Below, one piece after another: positions 27,425 through 34,012 of a DNA stretch of 64,000 nt. The DNA is from a phage: the sequence record PZ386972.1. One strand, 5' to 3'. A program made the translations under genes and the position numbers. The notes beneath the pieces were generated by a model, which saw nothing but the letters and a program-made list of their open reading frames with translations, was not told the DNA's origin and made no database searches. Each line of letters begins with the position of its first letter. The stretch's first letter is position 1.

Positions 27425-27498
27425 GCGACCGGGGCTGGCTTGGTAATGGTACTCCCCTGTCACGGGAGGGAATGTGGGTTCGAATCCCATCGGTCGCG
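27425..27498 (+). tRNA. tRNA-Asp (anticodon GTC)
   Basis: Acceptor GCGACCG/CGGTCGC, anticodon stem CTCCC/GGGAG, loop CTGTCAC, T-arm GTGGG-TTCGAAT-CCCAT, CCA encoded. Confidence 0.8.
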
Positions 27499-27678
27499 CC
27501 AAATAAGGTAGGTTAGCTATGGAACGTAGGGAGTTTACTCCGGAAGAGATAGAGCAGATAAAAGAATCTGCTATGAAAAATGCTAGAATATCTCTGTCAC
27601 TGGAAGGTATCATTATAAGTGATGTAAACTTTGAAAAAATCAAAGCCATAGCTGATGAACTGGAAAAAGTAATTTAAT

Positions 27679-27751
27679 ACATCCATAGCTCAATGGTTAG
27701 AGCTACCGCCTCTTAAGCGGAGGGTTCTAGGTTCAAGTCCTAGTGGGTGTA
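27679..27751 (+). tRNA. tRNA-Lys (anticodon CTT)
   Basis: Acceptor ACATCCA/TGGGTGT, D-arm GCTC...GAGC, loop CTCTTAA, T-arm CTAGG-TTCAAGT-CCTAG, CCA encoded. Confidence 0.65.
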
Positions 27752-27780
27752 CCAAACTAAACTAGCACGAGAAATATGCT

Positions 27781-28128
27781 ATGATTAATGCTAAAGAAGA
27801 GTTGTTACTTGCCCTAAAGAATACTAAGTCTGAAGTTAAGTGTATTAAGATAGAATTCGGTTATTATGGGAACAAAGAAGTTTGGATATTACCCGTAGGT
27901 TATACAGAAAAAGATATTGAAGATTTTCTAAATAATCTAGACTTCAAATATGATTCTGGTTTCGGTGGACAATTGCTTTACGGTAACGTATGGTTTACTG
28001 ATGGAACTTGGTTAGAGCGTGGTGAATATGATGGTTCTGAATGGTGGGAGTATAAGACTACACCAGCAATCCCAGAAGAATGCCGAACAATTAATGGTGA
28101 AGTAGATCGTACTTTACTATTAAATTAA
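27781..28128 (+). CDS. hypothetical protein
   Basis: ORF track. Confidence 0.45.
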   Translation: MINAKEELLLALKNTKSEVKCIKIEFGYYGNKEVWILPVGYTEKDIEDFLNNLDFKYDSGFGGQLLYGNVWFTDGTWLERGEYDGSEWWEYKTTPAIPEECRTINGEVDRTLLLN

Positions 28129-28250
28129 CAAAATTTCAGTGCAGAACACGGAGCTAGCAATTCGGAAGTGCTGACTCATGATAGGCTGCCTATGTACTTG
28201 CGAAGCGGTCGTGTCCAAGACTCGGACTCTTGCACTGAAAACAATCAAAC

Positions 28251-28368
28251 ATTCTAGCGTGGTTGATGGGGAAACCAGCTTGGCTAGGGCAGAAGCTCGT
28301 TCGATTCGAGTGAAAGAATGGTTCTCGTAAGTCCGCACAAGTGATAACAGGTTCGAGTCCTGTCTAGA
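28251..28368 (+). ncRNA. 118-nt tRNA-like RNA: perfect 7-bp acceptor-like stem and canonical T-arm, no encoded CCA
   Basis: 5' ATTCTAG pairs with 3' CTAGAAT; T-arm ACAGG-TTCGAGT-CCTGT; internal second TTCGATT hairpin. Confidence 0.35.
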
Positions 28369-28383
28369 ATGACACTATAAAGT

Positions 28384-28494
28384 TTACTTATTATGTAGGT
28401 TCCGATAGATCGGCGGGTCTATTCTGGCATTTAAGAGAGGTCTCGCAAACTTCTTTGTCAGCCGTGGGGTTGATAGCCTCCAGGTGGCCTACAC
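28384..28494 (+). ncRNA. about 110-nt structured RNA closed by terminal helix
   Basis: 5' TGTAGGT pairs with 3' GCCTACA; internal hairpins; no ORF. Confidence 0.3.
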
Positions 28495-28520
28495 AATAAG
28501 TAAATTTATTAAAAATTCAT

Positions 28521-28549
28521 TTGCTATTCTGCTTAATTATCTGTATAAT
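28521..28549 (+). promoter_or_regulatory. T5-type early promoter
   Basis: TTGCTA-17-TATAAT. Confidence 0.6.
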
Positions 28550-28579
28550 ATATTTTATAAAGTGAGTTAACAAAATTAA

Positions 28580-28652
28580 CAGTGCGTAGCGCAGTTGGTA
28601 GCGTGGGAGCCTTGGATGCTTCGGGTCGCAGGTTCGAGTCCTGCCGCACTGA
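28580..28652 (+). tRNA. tRNA-Pro (anticodon TGG)
   Basis: Acceptor CAGTGCG/CGCACTG, D-arm GCGC...GCGT, loop CTTGGAT, T-arm GCAGG-TTCGAGT-CCTGC, CCA encoded. Confidence 0.75.
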
Positions 28653-28661
28653 CCAAACAAT

Positions 28662-28736
28662 TGCGGGTTAGATCTCTGGTAGAGATCGCTAGTCTCATAA
28701 GCTAGAAAGAGGTAGGTTCGATTCCTGCACCCGCTT
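28662..28736 (+). tRNA. tRNA with CAT anticodon (Met or Ile2)
   Basis: D-arm GATC...GATC, anticodon stem CTAGT/GCTAG, loop CTCATAA, TTCGATT T-loop, CCA encoded; 1-72 U-U mismatch. Confidence 0.6.
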
Positions 28737-28759
28737 CCATTTTAATAGAGGATTTCGAA

Positions 28760-28927
28760 ATGAAAGTATTTCGATTAGTAGTAAGTGACAAACGTTTAGG
28801 TAAGAATACCTCAAAATCCTTACTTGCTCATTATGGAAAAGATGAGAAAGAAGTAATGGCGGAGTTTGGGATTAATCACCCTTACTTGAAAGTTCACTCT
28901 ATTAAAGAAGTATATAATGGTTACTAA
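28760..28927 (+). CDS. small hypothetical protein (55 aa)
   Basis: ATG with GAGGA RBS between two tRNAs; below track cutoff. Confidence 0.3.
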   Translation: MKVFRLVVSDKRLGKNTSKSLLAHYGKDEKEVMAEFGINHPYLKVHSIKEVYNGY

Positions 28928-28928
28928 T

Positions 28929-29004
28929 AGATCGCTAGCTCAATAGGTTTAGTAGCATCCGACTTTTAATCGGAAGGTTCTGGGTTCGAGTCCCAGGCGA
29001 TCTA
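28929..29004 (+). tRNA. tRNA-Lys (anticodon TTT)
   Basis: Acceptor AGATCGC/GCGATCT, anticodon stem TCCGA/TCGGA, loop CTTTTAA, T-arm CTGGG-TTCGAGT-CCCAG, CCA encoded. Confidence 0.8.
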
Positions 29005-29026
29005 CCAATTTCAAGAAAAACGCAGT

Positions 29027-29054
29027 TGCTTGATGCTTAATTTCTTGTTATAAT
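29027..29054 (+). promoter_or_regulatory. T5-type early promoter
   Basis: TTGCTT-16-TATAAT. Confidence 0.55.
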
Positions 29055-29104
29055 ATTTATATAAATTGATGAGGATTTCTCCTCATCATAGTTCACTAAG
29101 GTAT

Positions 29105-29268
29105 TAGCTCGACCTAGGACTGGCTGCCAAAAAGCACGATCCCTACGATTCGGGAGAAGTTCTAGATTAGTCCACTAGATTCAGCGGCAACTGAATAGTG
29201 TATCGGGTTTGCGAGATGACGCGGTTCCTTCCGCTCGAAGCGAAGGTGCTGTAGTTACGCCGAGCTAA
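29105..29268 (+). ncRNA. about 165-nt structured RNA closed by TAGCTCG/CGAGCTA helix
   Basis: Long-range complementary 7-mers plus internal hairpins; no ORF. Confidence 0.3.
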
Positions 29269-29292
29269 TAGCCTTAGTAAACTAAAGAATTT

Positions 29293-29368
29293 GGGGAATG
29301 GGTCTGCATGGAGTGGACACCTCGCTTGCACCGAGGACATCAGAACGGTTCGATTCCGTTATTCTCCA
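29293..29368 (+). tRNA. tRNA-Ala (anticodon TGC)
   Basis: Acceptor GGGGAAT/ATTCTCC with G3-U70 wobble, anticodon stem CCTCG/CGAGG, loop CTTGCAC, T-arm AACGG-TTCGATT-CCGTT, CCA encoded. Confidence 0.75.
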
Positions 29369-29376
29369 CCAAATAC

Positions 29377-29450
29377 GCGTGATTGATGGAATTGGCATAC
29401 ATACCGTCCTTAGAAGTCGGGTTTTGAGGGTTCGAATCCCTTGTCACGCA
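29377..29450 (+). tRNA. tRNA with TAG anticodon (Leu by anticodon) but class I architecture
   Basis: Acceptor GCGTGAT/GTCACGC, loop CTTAGAA, 5-nt variable loop, T-arm GAGGG-TTCGAAT-CCCTT, discriminator A, CCA encoded; weak D stem. Confidence 0.5.
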
Positions 29451-29453
29451 CCA

Positions 29454-29565
29454 AATTTGATGGTCAGAGTAAATTAAACCTACTATCTCGGTTGAGCTGT
29501 TTTAATGGGTTCGAATCCCAGCGAGGCGTAACTGCCTGGCGTGATAGAGGCATCATCTTATTATT
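29454..29565 (+). ncRNA. about 110-nt segment containing an orphan T-arm-like hairpin (tRNA-like fragment or small RNA)
   Basis: TGGG-TTCGAAT-CCCA hairpin with no matching acceptor stem or CCA; AGGCGTAACTGCCT hairpin. Confidence 0.25.
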
Positions 29566-29653
29566 GGAAGAGCAAATCGAATTGGCGACGAAAACCGCTT
29601 GGAAAGTGGCTGACTGGTAAAACGGCTTGAGAGTTCAAATCTCTCCTCTTCCG
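29566..29653 (+). tRNA. tRNA-Ser (anticodon GGA), class II
   Basis: Acceptor GGAAGAG/CTCTTCC, loop TTGGAAA, long variable arm, T-arm GAGAG-TTCAAAT-CTCTC, CCA encoded. Confidence 0.7.
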
Positions 29654-29668
29654 CCAAACAATTTATAT

Positions 29669-29760
29669 GGTAGGTCAATCCAATGGCTGGCGCTGGACTC
29701 CGACTTGAAATCGGTTGATCGTAGTGATACGGTGTAAGGGTTCGATCCCCTTACCTACCT
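29669..29760 (+). tRNA. tRNA-Ser (anticodon TGA), class II
   Basis: Acceptor GGTAGGT/ACCTACC, loop CTTGAAA, long variable arm, T-arm AAGGG-TTCGATC-CCCTT, CCA encoded. Confidence 0.7.
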
Positions 29761-29764
29761 CCAA

Positions 29765-29910
29765 GTCTTGAAGTATGCCGGAATCGGTAGACGGGGCTGC
29801 CTAAAAGGTTTATAGGGAACATCCACTCCCTACAACATACCTCATAAAGCGGCTGAGATAAATGGTCTATCTCGTGAAGGTTCAAGTCCTTCTGCTTCTT
29901 GATACATCTA
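29765..29910 (+). ncRNA. about 145-nt structured segment with D-arm-like and T-arm-like hairpins but no complete cloverleaf
   Basis: GAGATA-AATGGTC-TATCTC and GAAGG-TTCAAGT-CCTTC hairpins; no CCA. Confidence 0.25.
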
Positions 29911-30014
29911 TGGCTCAAAGTGTAACGGTGCTATTTGATGCTCTTAGTAAGACTTTCCCGACATGCGTTCGGGAGTAAGCTGCTAAGGCTAGAATAGAAG
30001 AGTTTCTGAGAGCC

Positions 30015-30134
30015 GCCACAATTGAAAATTCGTACTCGTCTTGAGCTGCGTGCAATAGGAGATAACTTGATTAGTATTCTAGAACATGCTAATTGAGGAT
30101 GGTTTCGCTAACCCTGCGAGTTTTCAATTGTGGC
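30015..30134 (+). ncRNA. structured element closed by a perfect 14-bp helix whose 3' strand overlaps the 5' end of tRNA-His
   Basis: GCCACAATTGAAAA at about 30015-30028 is the exact reverse complement of TTTTCAATTGTGGC at about 30121-30134. Confidence 0.4.
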
Positions 30135-30203
30135 TATATCATAATTGGTTAATGATCCTGATTGTGAATCAGGCCTATGTGGATTCGAATTCCACTAGCC
30201 ACC
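30130..30203 (+). tRNA. tRNA-His (anticodon GTG)
   Basis: Acceptor GTGGCTA/TAGCCAC, anticodon stem CCTGA/TCAGG, loop TTGTGAA, T-arm GTGGA-TTCGAAT-TCCAC, discriminator C, CCA encoded. Confidence 0.8.
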
Positions 30204-30231
30204 CCAAATTAACTTAAATAGGAAATAAAAT

Positions 30232-30429
30232 ATGGCTGATTTCTGCAAACAATGCTCCATTGATATGTGGGGCAGAGATACTGGTGATCTTTCTGGTTTG
30301 ATTACAGAAGCTGAGGTCAAAGAAGGTTATGGTGCAGTTGTGATTTGCGAAGGATGCGGAGTTATTCGAGTAGATCATGAAGGCAAACGTTTAGAAGAAC
30401 AGGAAAACTTAGGAGAAACAAATGAGTAA
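30232..30429 (+). CDS. small Cys-containing protein
   Basis: ORF track. Confidence 0.4.
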   Translation: MADFCKQCSIDMWGRDTGDLSGLITEAEVKEGYGAVVICEGCGVIRVDHEGKRLEEQENLGETNE

Positions 30430-30658
30430 TGCTTTAATTAGTGAAATTATGTTAACACGTCTTGCAGAACTGCAAACTCTTCGAGATGAATCTCAGAATA
30501 ACTTAGCCTACCATAAACAGATGGTAGATACTCTTACTACTCGTATTGATACTTACGAGCGTGATATTGCAGCATTACAAGCTCTTTTCTCTGTATCAGC
30601 ACCAGATACGTTAGAACAGCCTGCTGTATCTCAGCCAGTAGAAACAGCATCTAGCTAA
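30422..30658 (+). CDS. hypothetical coiled-coil protein
   Basis: ORF track; overlaps upstream stop. Confidence 0.4.
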   Translation: MSNALISEIMLTRLAELQTLRDESQNNLAYHKQMVDTLTTRIDTYERDIAALQALFSVSAPDTLEQPAVSQPVETASS

Positions 30659-30667
30659 TAGCATTCT

Positions 30668-30740
30668 TGGGATGTAGATCAATTGGCAGATCGTCGGCCT
30701 CTGACTCCGAAGGTTCCACGTTCGATCCGTGGCATCCCAG
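30668..30740 (+). tRNA. tRNA-Gln (anticodon CTG)
   Basis: Acceptor TGGGATG/CATCCCA, D-arm GATC...GATC, loop CTCTGAC, T-arm CCACG-TTCGATC-CGTGG, discriminator G, CCA encoded. Confidence 0.7.
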
Positions 30741-30749
30741 CCAAACAAT

Positions 30750-30822
30750 TGGAGAGTAGTGTAACGGTTAGCACAACGGCCTTTGACTCCGTTAATGGTA
30801 GGTTCGATTCCTCCTTCTCCAG
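30750..30822 (+). tRNA. tRNA-Gln (anticodon TTG)
   Basis: Acceptor TGGAGAG/TTCTCCA, loop CTTTGAC, TTCGATT T-loop, discriminator G, CCA encoded. Confidence 0.65.
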
Positions 30823-30833
30823 CCAAGTAATAA

Positions 30834-30906
30834 GCGGTTAAGCACACGGGTTGTGTCGCAGGCCTTCCAAGCCTCGCTGAGTAGGGTTCGATTCCCTCTA
30901 GCCGCT
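30834..30906 (+). tRNA. tRNA-Gly (anticodon TCC)
   Basis: Acceptor GCGGTTA/TAGCCGC, loop CTTCCAA, TTCGATT T-loop, CCA encoded. Confidence 0.6.
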
Positions 30907-30925
30907 CCAACTTTAAGGAAACATT

Positions 30926-31177
30926 ATGCACGTTTTTGAGTTTCGTAATAAAAGTACCGATAAACGAGTTATTGTTATTGGAGAAACATACCGAGCATAC
31001 GAACAAACTGACGGCTCTGTTATCCTAAACGATGAGAAAGGAGGTTTTAGCTTTTATCCAGAAGAACCTTATGAAGAGTTTCGAAAACAATTTAACCTAG
31101 ACTGGAGAAAGCATTTAAACACTGTTGCTTCATCTGTAGTATTGCCAACTACCAGTACTGTACTCTCTAATGGCTGA
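30926..31177 (+). CDS. hypothetical protein
   Basis: ORF track. Confidence 0.4.
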   Translation: MHVFEFRNKSTDKRVIVIGETYRAYEQTDGSVILNDEKGGFSFYPEEPYEEFRKQFNLDWRKHLNTVASSVVLPTTSTVLSNG

Positions 31178-31342
31178 TAACCTAAAAGTCAAGATCGATA
31201 AACAAAAGAAACGTGTAGAAGTAGAGATTGGTGAAGAACGTGTAGCCTTCACCTTTGAATTTCTACAACAAATGGCAATGGCGGTTATGACTGATAAGTC
31301 TCCTGTTATTGAAAAAGAAATCCCGTTGAAATAACGGGTTCT

Positions 31343-31426
31343 GCTGGGTTGGCAGAATGGTTGAATGCACCTGATTTGTAATCAGGAGGAGTAATCCCGT
31401 TGCAGGTTCGAATCCTGTGCCCAGCA
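31343..31426 (+). tRNA. tRNA with TGT anticodon (Thr) and long 15-nt variable arm
   Basis: Acceptor GCTGGGT/GCCCAGC, anticodon stem CCTGA/TCAGG, loop TTTGTAA, T-arm GCAGG-TTCGAAT-CCTGT, CCA encoded. Confidence 0.55.
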
Positions 31427-31611
31427 CCAACTTAAGGACTATTATGTTTAAATTATTAGTAGTTATCTGGTATAGTCAATCAAATAGAGCGAATACCTCC
31501 CACGTTATAGACTTTAATACTAAAAATGAAGCTGAAAAAGCATATTCTAATTTAATAGAACGTAATAAAGAATCTCGTAGTATAGTTTATGAAGTGACTA
31601 AACTTTATTAA
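31417..31611 (+). CDS. small hypothetical protein (track start overlaps tRNA 3' end; true start probably the internal ATG)
   Basis: ORF track. Confidence 0.3.
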   Translation: MPSTNLRTIMFKLLVVIWYSQSNRANTSHVIDFNTKNEAEKAYSNLIERNKESRSIVYEVTKLY

Positions 31612-31619
31612 AAATTCAT

Positions 31620-31648
31620 TTGCTTTCTCTCTTATTTATTGTTATAAT
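31620..31648 (+). promoter_or_regulatory. T5-type early promoter
   Basis: TTGCTT-17-TATAAT. Confidence 0.6.
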
Positions 31649-31678
31649 ATTTATATAAATTAATGAGAGGGAAGCCAA

Positions 31679-31972
31679 ATGAAACGTTATCTTTCTGTTG
31701 TGTTCCAAACTGGTGGTCAACGCTATACCTATGAATTTCCTGGCTCTTGGAAGATCAAAGAGGGTGATCAAGTAGTAGTGTTAACACCGCGTGAGGGTTT
31801 CAAGGTAGTAACGGTTAAGCAAGTATTTCCAAAAGAGCATGAACCAGCTAAAGGCATTCGCTATAAGATGATTCATGGTGTAGTTCGTCAAGTACCACGA
31901 GCGGAAGTCGAAATCAAAGTAGATAAAGATGGTAGACTTAAATATACCTCTTGCTTAGATGAGCTGCTATAA
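31679..31972 (+). CDS. hypothetical protein
   Basis: ORF track, GAGGGAAG RBS. Confidence 0.45.
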   Translation: MKRYLSVVFQTGGQRYTYEFPGSWKIKEGDQVVVLTPREGFKVVTVKQVFPKEHEPAKGIRYKMIHGVVRQVPRAEVEIKVDKDGRLKYTSCLDELL

Positions 31973-32178
31973 TGAGGATTACTTTCACAGAAAAGATCAT
32001 GAGTAATGGTGTTATGATCATTACTGCATGGGATGGCAATCAGTGGTGTAGTGTTTCAGGTATTAAGCCTGAAGAACAAACACTAGAAAATATCTCAAAG
32101 ATTAAGCGAAGAATGGCAGAACGTGCACGACTTCCAGGTGCACCTAGAAATGGCAAACGTTCTGCTGCAAAATGTTAA
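31972..32178 (+). CDS. hypothetical protein
   Basis: ORF track, ATGA start-stop overlap with upstream gene. Confidence 0.4.
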   Translation: MRITFTEKIMSNGVMIITAWDGNQWCSVSGIKPEEQTLENISKIKRRMAERARLPGAPRNGKRSAAKC

Positions 32179-32179
32179 T

Positions 32180-32253
32180 GCTTCGGTAGCTTAGCGATCT
32201 AAAGCACTCGGCTGATAACCGAGAGATCGGGGGTTTAAATCCCTCCCGGAGTA
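32180..32253 (+). tRNA. tRNA-Ile (anticodon GAT) with atypical TTTAAAT T-loop
   Basis: Acceptor GCTTCGG/CCGGAGT, anticodon stem CTCGG/CCGAG, loop CTGATAA, T-arm GGGGG-TTTAAAT-CCCTC, CCA encoded. Confidence 0.7.
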
Positions 32254-32352
32254 CCAAATTTAGGAATTAAGACTATGCGTCCAGGAAAGTTTAAAAAAGC
32301 TAATTGGTCTAAAGAGTATAAAGAATACTTACTTAGTCTAGTAAAACATAAC

Positions 32353-32425
32353 AGTTAGTTGGCAGAGTGGTTATGCACCTCCTTCATACGGAGCGACTAC
32401 AGTGGTTCAAATCCACTACTAACTA
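32353..32425 (+). tRNA. tRNA with CAT anticodon (Met or Ile2)
   Basis: Acceptor AGTTAGT/ACTAACT, loop TTCATAC, T-arm AGTGG-TTCAAAT-CCACT, CCA encoded. Confidence 0.65.
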
Positions 32426-32465
32426 CCATTAAAAGAGCTAGAGATAGCTAAATTTAGGAGCAGCT

Positions 32466-32660
32466 ATGTTAACAATTAAAATAATGTCAGCCAAGAATGG
32501 TGAACATATCCATACAGGCAAAAGTGTGAGCTTTAATCCTAGAAATAAAAGATTGGCTATAGTTGGAGTAGACCAAGCCATCTTTTTAAAAGAAGATGAA
32601 GTAGCATATGTCATGAACCAAACTGGTAAGACAGTTTCCGTATACTATGGAAAAGTATAA
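32466..32660 (+). CDS. hypothetical protein
   Basis: ORF track. Confidence 0.4.
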   Translation: MLTIKIMSAKNGEHIHTGKSVSFNPRNKRLAIVGVDQAIFLKEDEVAYVMNQTGKTVSVYYGKV

Positions 32661-32702
32661 AGAATAAATAGCTGAGCCAAATTCTAACATCTGGGAGATC
32701 TA

Positions 32703-33071
32703 ATGAAAGCATATCAAAATCTTAAATCTGGCGTAATTAACCTTGTTCATGAAAATCAGATTATTCAGCTATACTCCGACAACGGTGAACTTAAACAGAA
32801 AGTTCTAGTTGAAGATCTAGAAGGTATCACACCACAATTCGATCCCGAAGCCTTCCGTGAAGTCAAAGTGGAAGTCGCCCCTCAAATCGAAGGTGGTCAG
32901 CACCTAAATGTCAATGTGTTAAGCCGTGATCAGCTTTTGGATGCGCAGAAACATCCTGAAAAATATCCTCAGTTGACCATCCGTGTCTCTGGCTACGCTG
33001 TTCGATTTAACGCACTGACTCGTGAACAACAGAACGACGTTATTAGTCGTACATTTACTCAGGCGATGTAA
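32703..33071 (+). CDS. autonomous glycyl-radical cofactor protein (GrcA/YfiD-like)
   Basis: C-terminal [27 protein letters not shown] matches the glycyl-radical domain signature of PFL/GrcA. Confidence 0.6.
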   Translation: MKAYQNLKSGVINLVHENQIIQLYSDNGELKQKVLVEDLEGITPQFDPEAFREVKVEVAPQIEGGQHLNVNVLSRDQLLDAQKHPEKYPQLTIRVSGYAVRFNALTREQQNDVISRTFTQAM

Positions 33072-33152
33072 TGGGGTTTGGGTACGATTTCTCCGAACTA
33101 CGTGAGGTAGTCGAGCAAACTCCATTTATCTCCCAAGTTTTAGGAGAAATGT

Positions 33153-33467
33153 GTGGATCGAGCATTAAGACGCCATCACCGGCAACGTGTGAAGAACAAC
33201 CGCAGGAAGTATTGGACAGTCTTCCCACATGAAGAAAGCCCTAAGCGGTTAGGTATTATCACTACTACTCCTTGCATCTGTTCTTGTTGGATGTGTGGGA
33301 ACCCTCGCAAATACTATAAGAATAGTAAAGCAGGCATGAAAATTTCGGAGATTAGAAAAATGGAAGCAATGATTATGGGCATCTCAAATGATGAATTTGA
33401 TGGCTTTGTAGGATTCGGAGAAGGAATCAGCTCAAGCTGTTTCGAAGATGAACGCCCCGATCTGTGA
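33153..33467 (+). CDS. hypothetical Arg-rich/Cys-rich protein (alternative overlapping small ORFs exist in the other two frames)
   Basis: ORF track (GTG start); see findings for the overlapping coupled ORFs. Confidence 0.3.
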   Translation: MDRALRRHHRQRVKNNRRKYWTVFPHEESPKRLGIITTTPCICSCWMCGNPRKYYKNSKAGMKISEIRKMEAMIMGISNDEFDGFVGFGEGISSSCFEDERPDL

Positions 33468-33476
33468 TTAATAACA

Positions 33477-33512
33477 AACCCCAGCTATTGAATAAGTAGT
33501 CTGGGGTTTTTC
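33477..33512 (+). terminator. rho-independent terminator
   Basis: AAACCCCAG...CTGGGGTTTTT hairpin. Confidence 0.65.
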
Positions 33513-33588
33513 TGTATATAGGTAAATAATTTATGTATAACAAAATTCATCCACATTAGGTTAATTTAAAAGACTTAATGGAGGTAAT

Positions 33589-33936
33589 ATGAGCCGTACT
33601 TATCGTAAACAATCTGGTGATCAGTGGTGGAAGTCTAAAGAACAATTCTCTCAAGAATATTCTTTCTTCAAAGAAAATGGCTACTGGATTCGTGTTATTT
33701 ATGCTAAATCCTGGGATGATATAAGACAGGAAATGAAGGAAGCAACCATTCGTAATGAGAAAAAGGATGGTTATAACTGGAATTCTATTAGTAAGAATGT
33801 TAAGTGGCATTCTAATAAAATGGTTCGTCAAGGGAATCGTCAAGAACTCCACCGCGTGATGAAAGATCCAGAAAATTACGACTATAATCGCGATCATGAC
33901 ATGCGTAAGCGTGGATTATGGTGGTGCTATGACTAA
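33589..33936 (+). CDS. hypothetical protein
   Basis: ORF track, GGAGG RBS. Confidence 0.45.
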   Translation: MSRTYRKQSGDQWWKSKEQFSQEYSFFKENGYWIRVIYAKSWDDIRQEMKEATIRNEKKDGYNWNSISKNVKWHSNKMVRQGNRQELHRVMKDPENYDYNRDHDMRKRGLWWCYD

Positions 33937-33953
33937 ATTCTGAAATAATTCAT

Positions 33954-33982
33954 TTGCTAAACCTCTCTTTTCTTGATATAAT
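33954..33982 (+). promoter_or_regulatory. T5-type early promoter
   Basis: TTGCTA-17-TATAAT. Confidence 0.6.
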
Positions 33983-34012
33983 ATATTTATAAATTGATGA
34001 GAGAGGTTTGAA

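Noticed and set aside
27332-27649. ORF-track minus-strand ORF of 105 aa
   Set aside because: Lies antisense across tRNA-Asp and a plus-strand promoter-driven region; almost certainly a chance open frame.
28120-28338. ORF-track minus-strand ORF of 72 aa
   Set aside because: Antisense to the tRNA-like structured RNA region, no RBS, chance frame.
30611-31006. ORF-track minus-strand ORF of 131 aa
   Set aside because: Overlaps three plus-strand tRNA genes (Gln, Gln, Gly); chance frame.
21200-32430. Search for an amber/ochre suppressor tRNA (anticodon CTA, TTA or TCA) to explain the in-frame TAG at 33250
   Set aside because: None of the 26 folded tRNAs carries a stop-decoding anticodon; the TAG remains unexplained.
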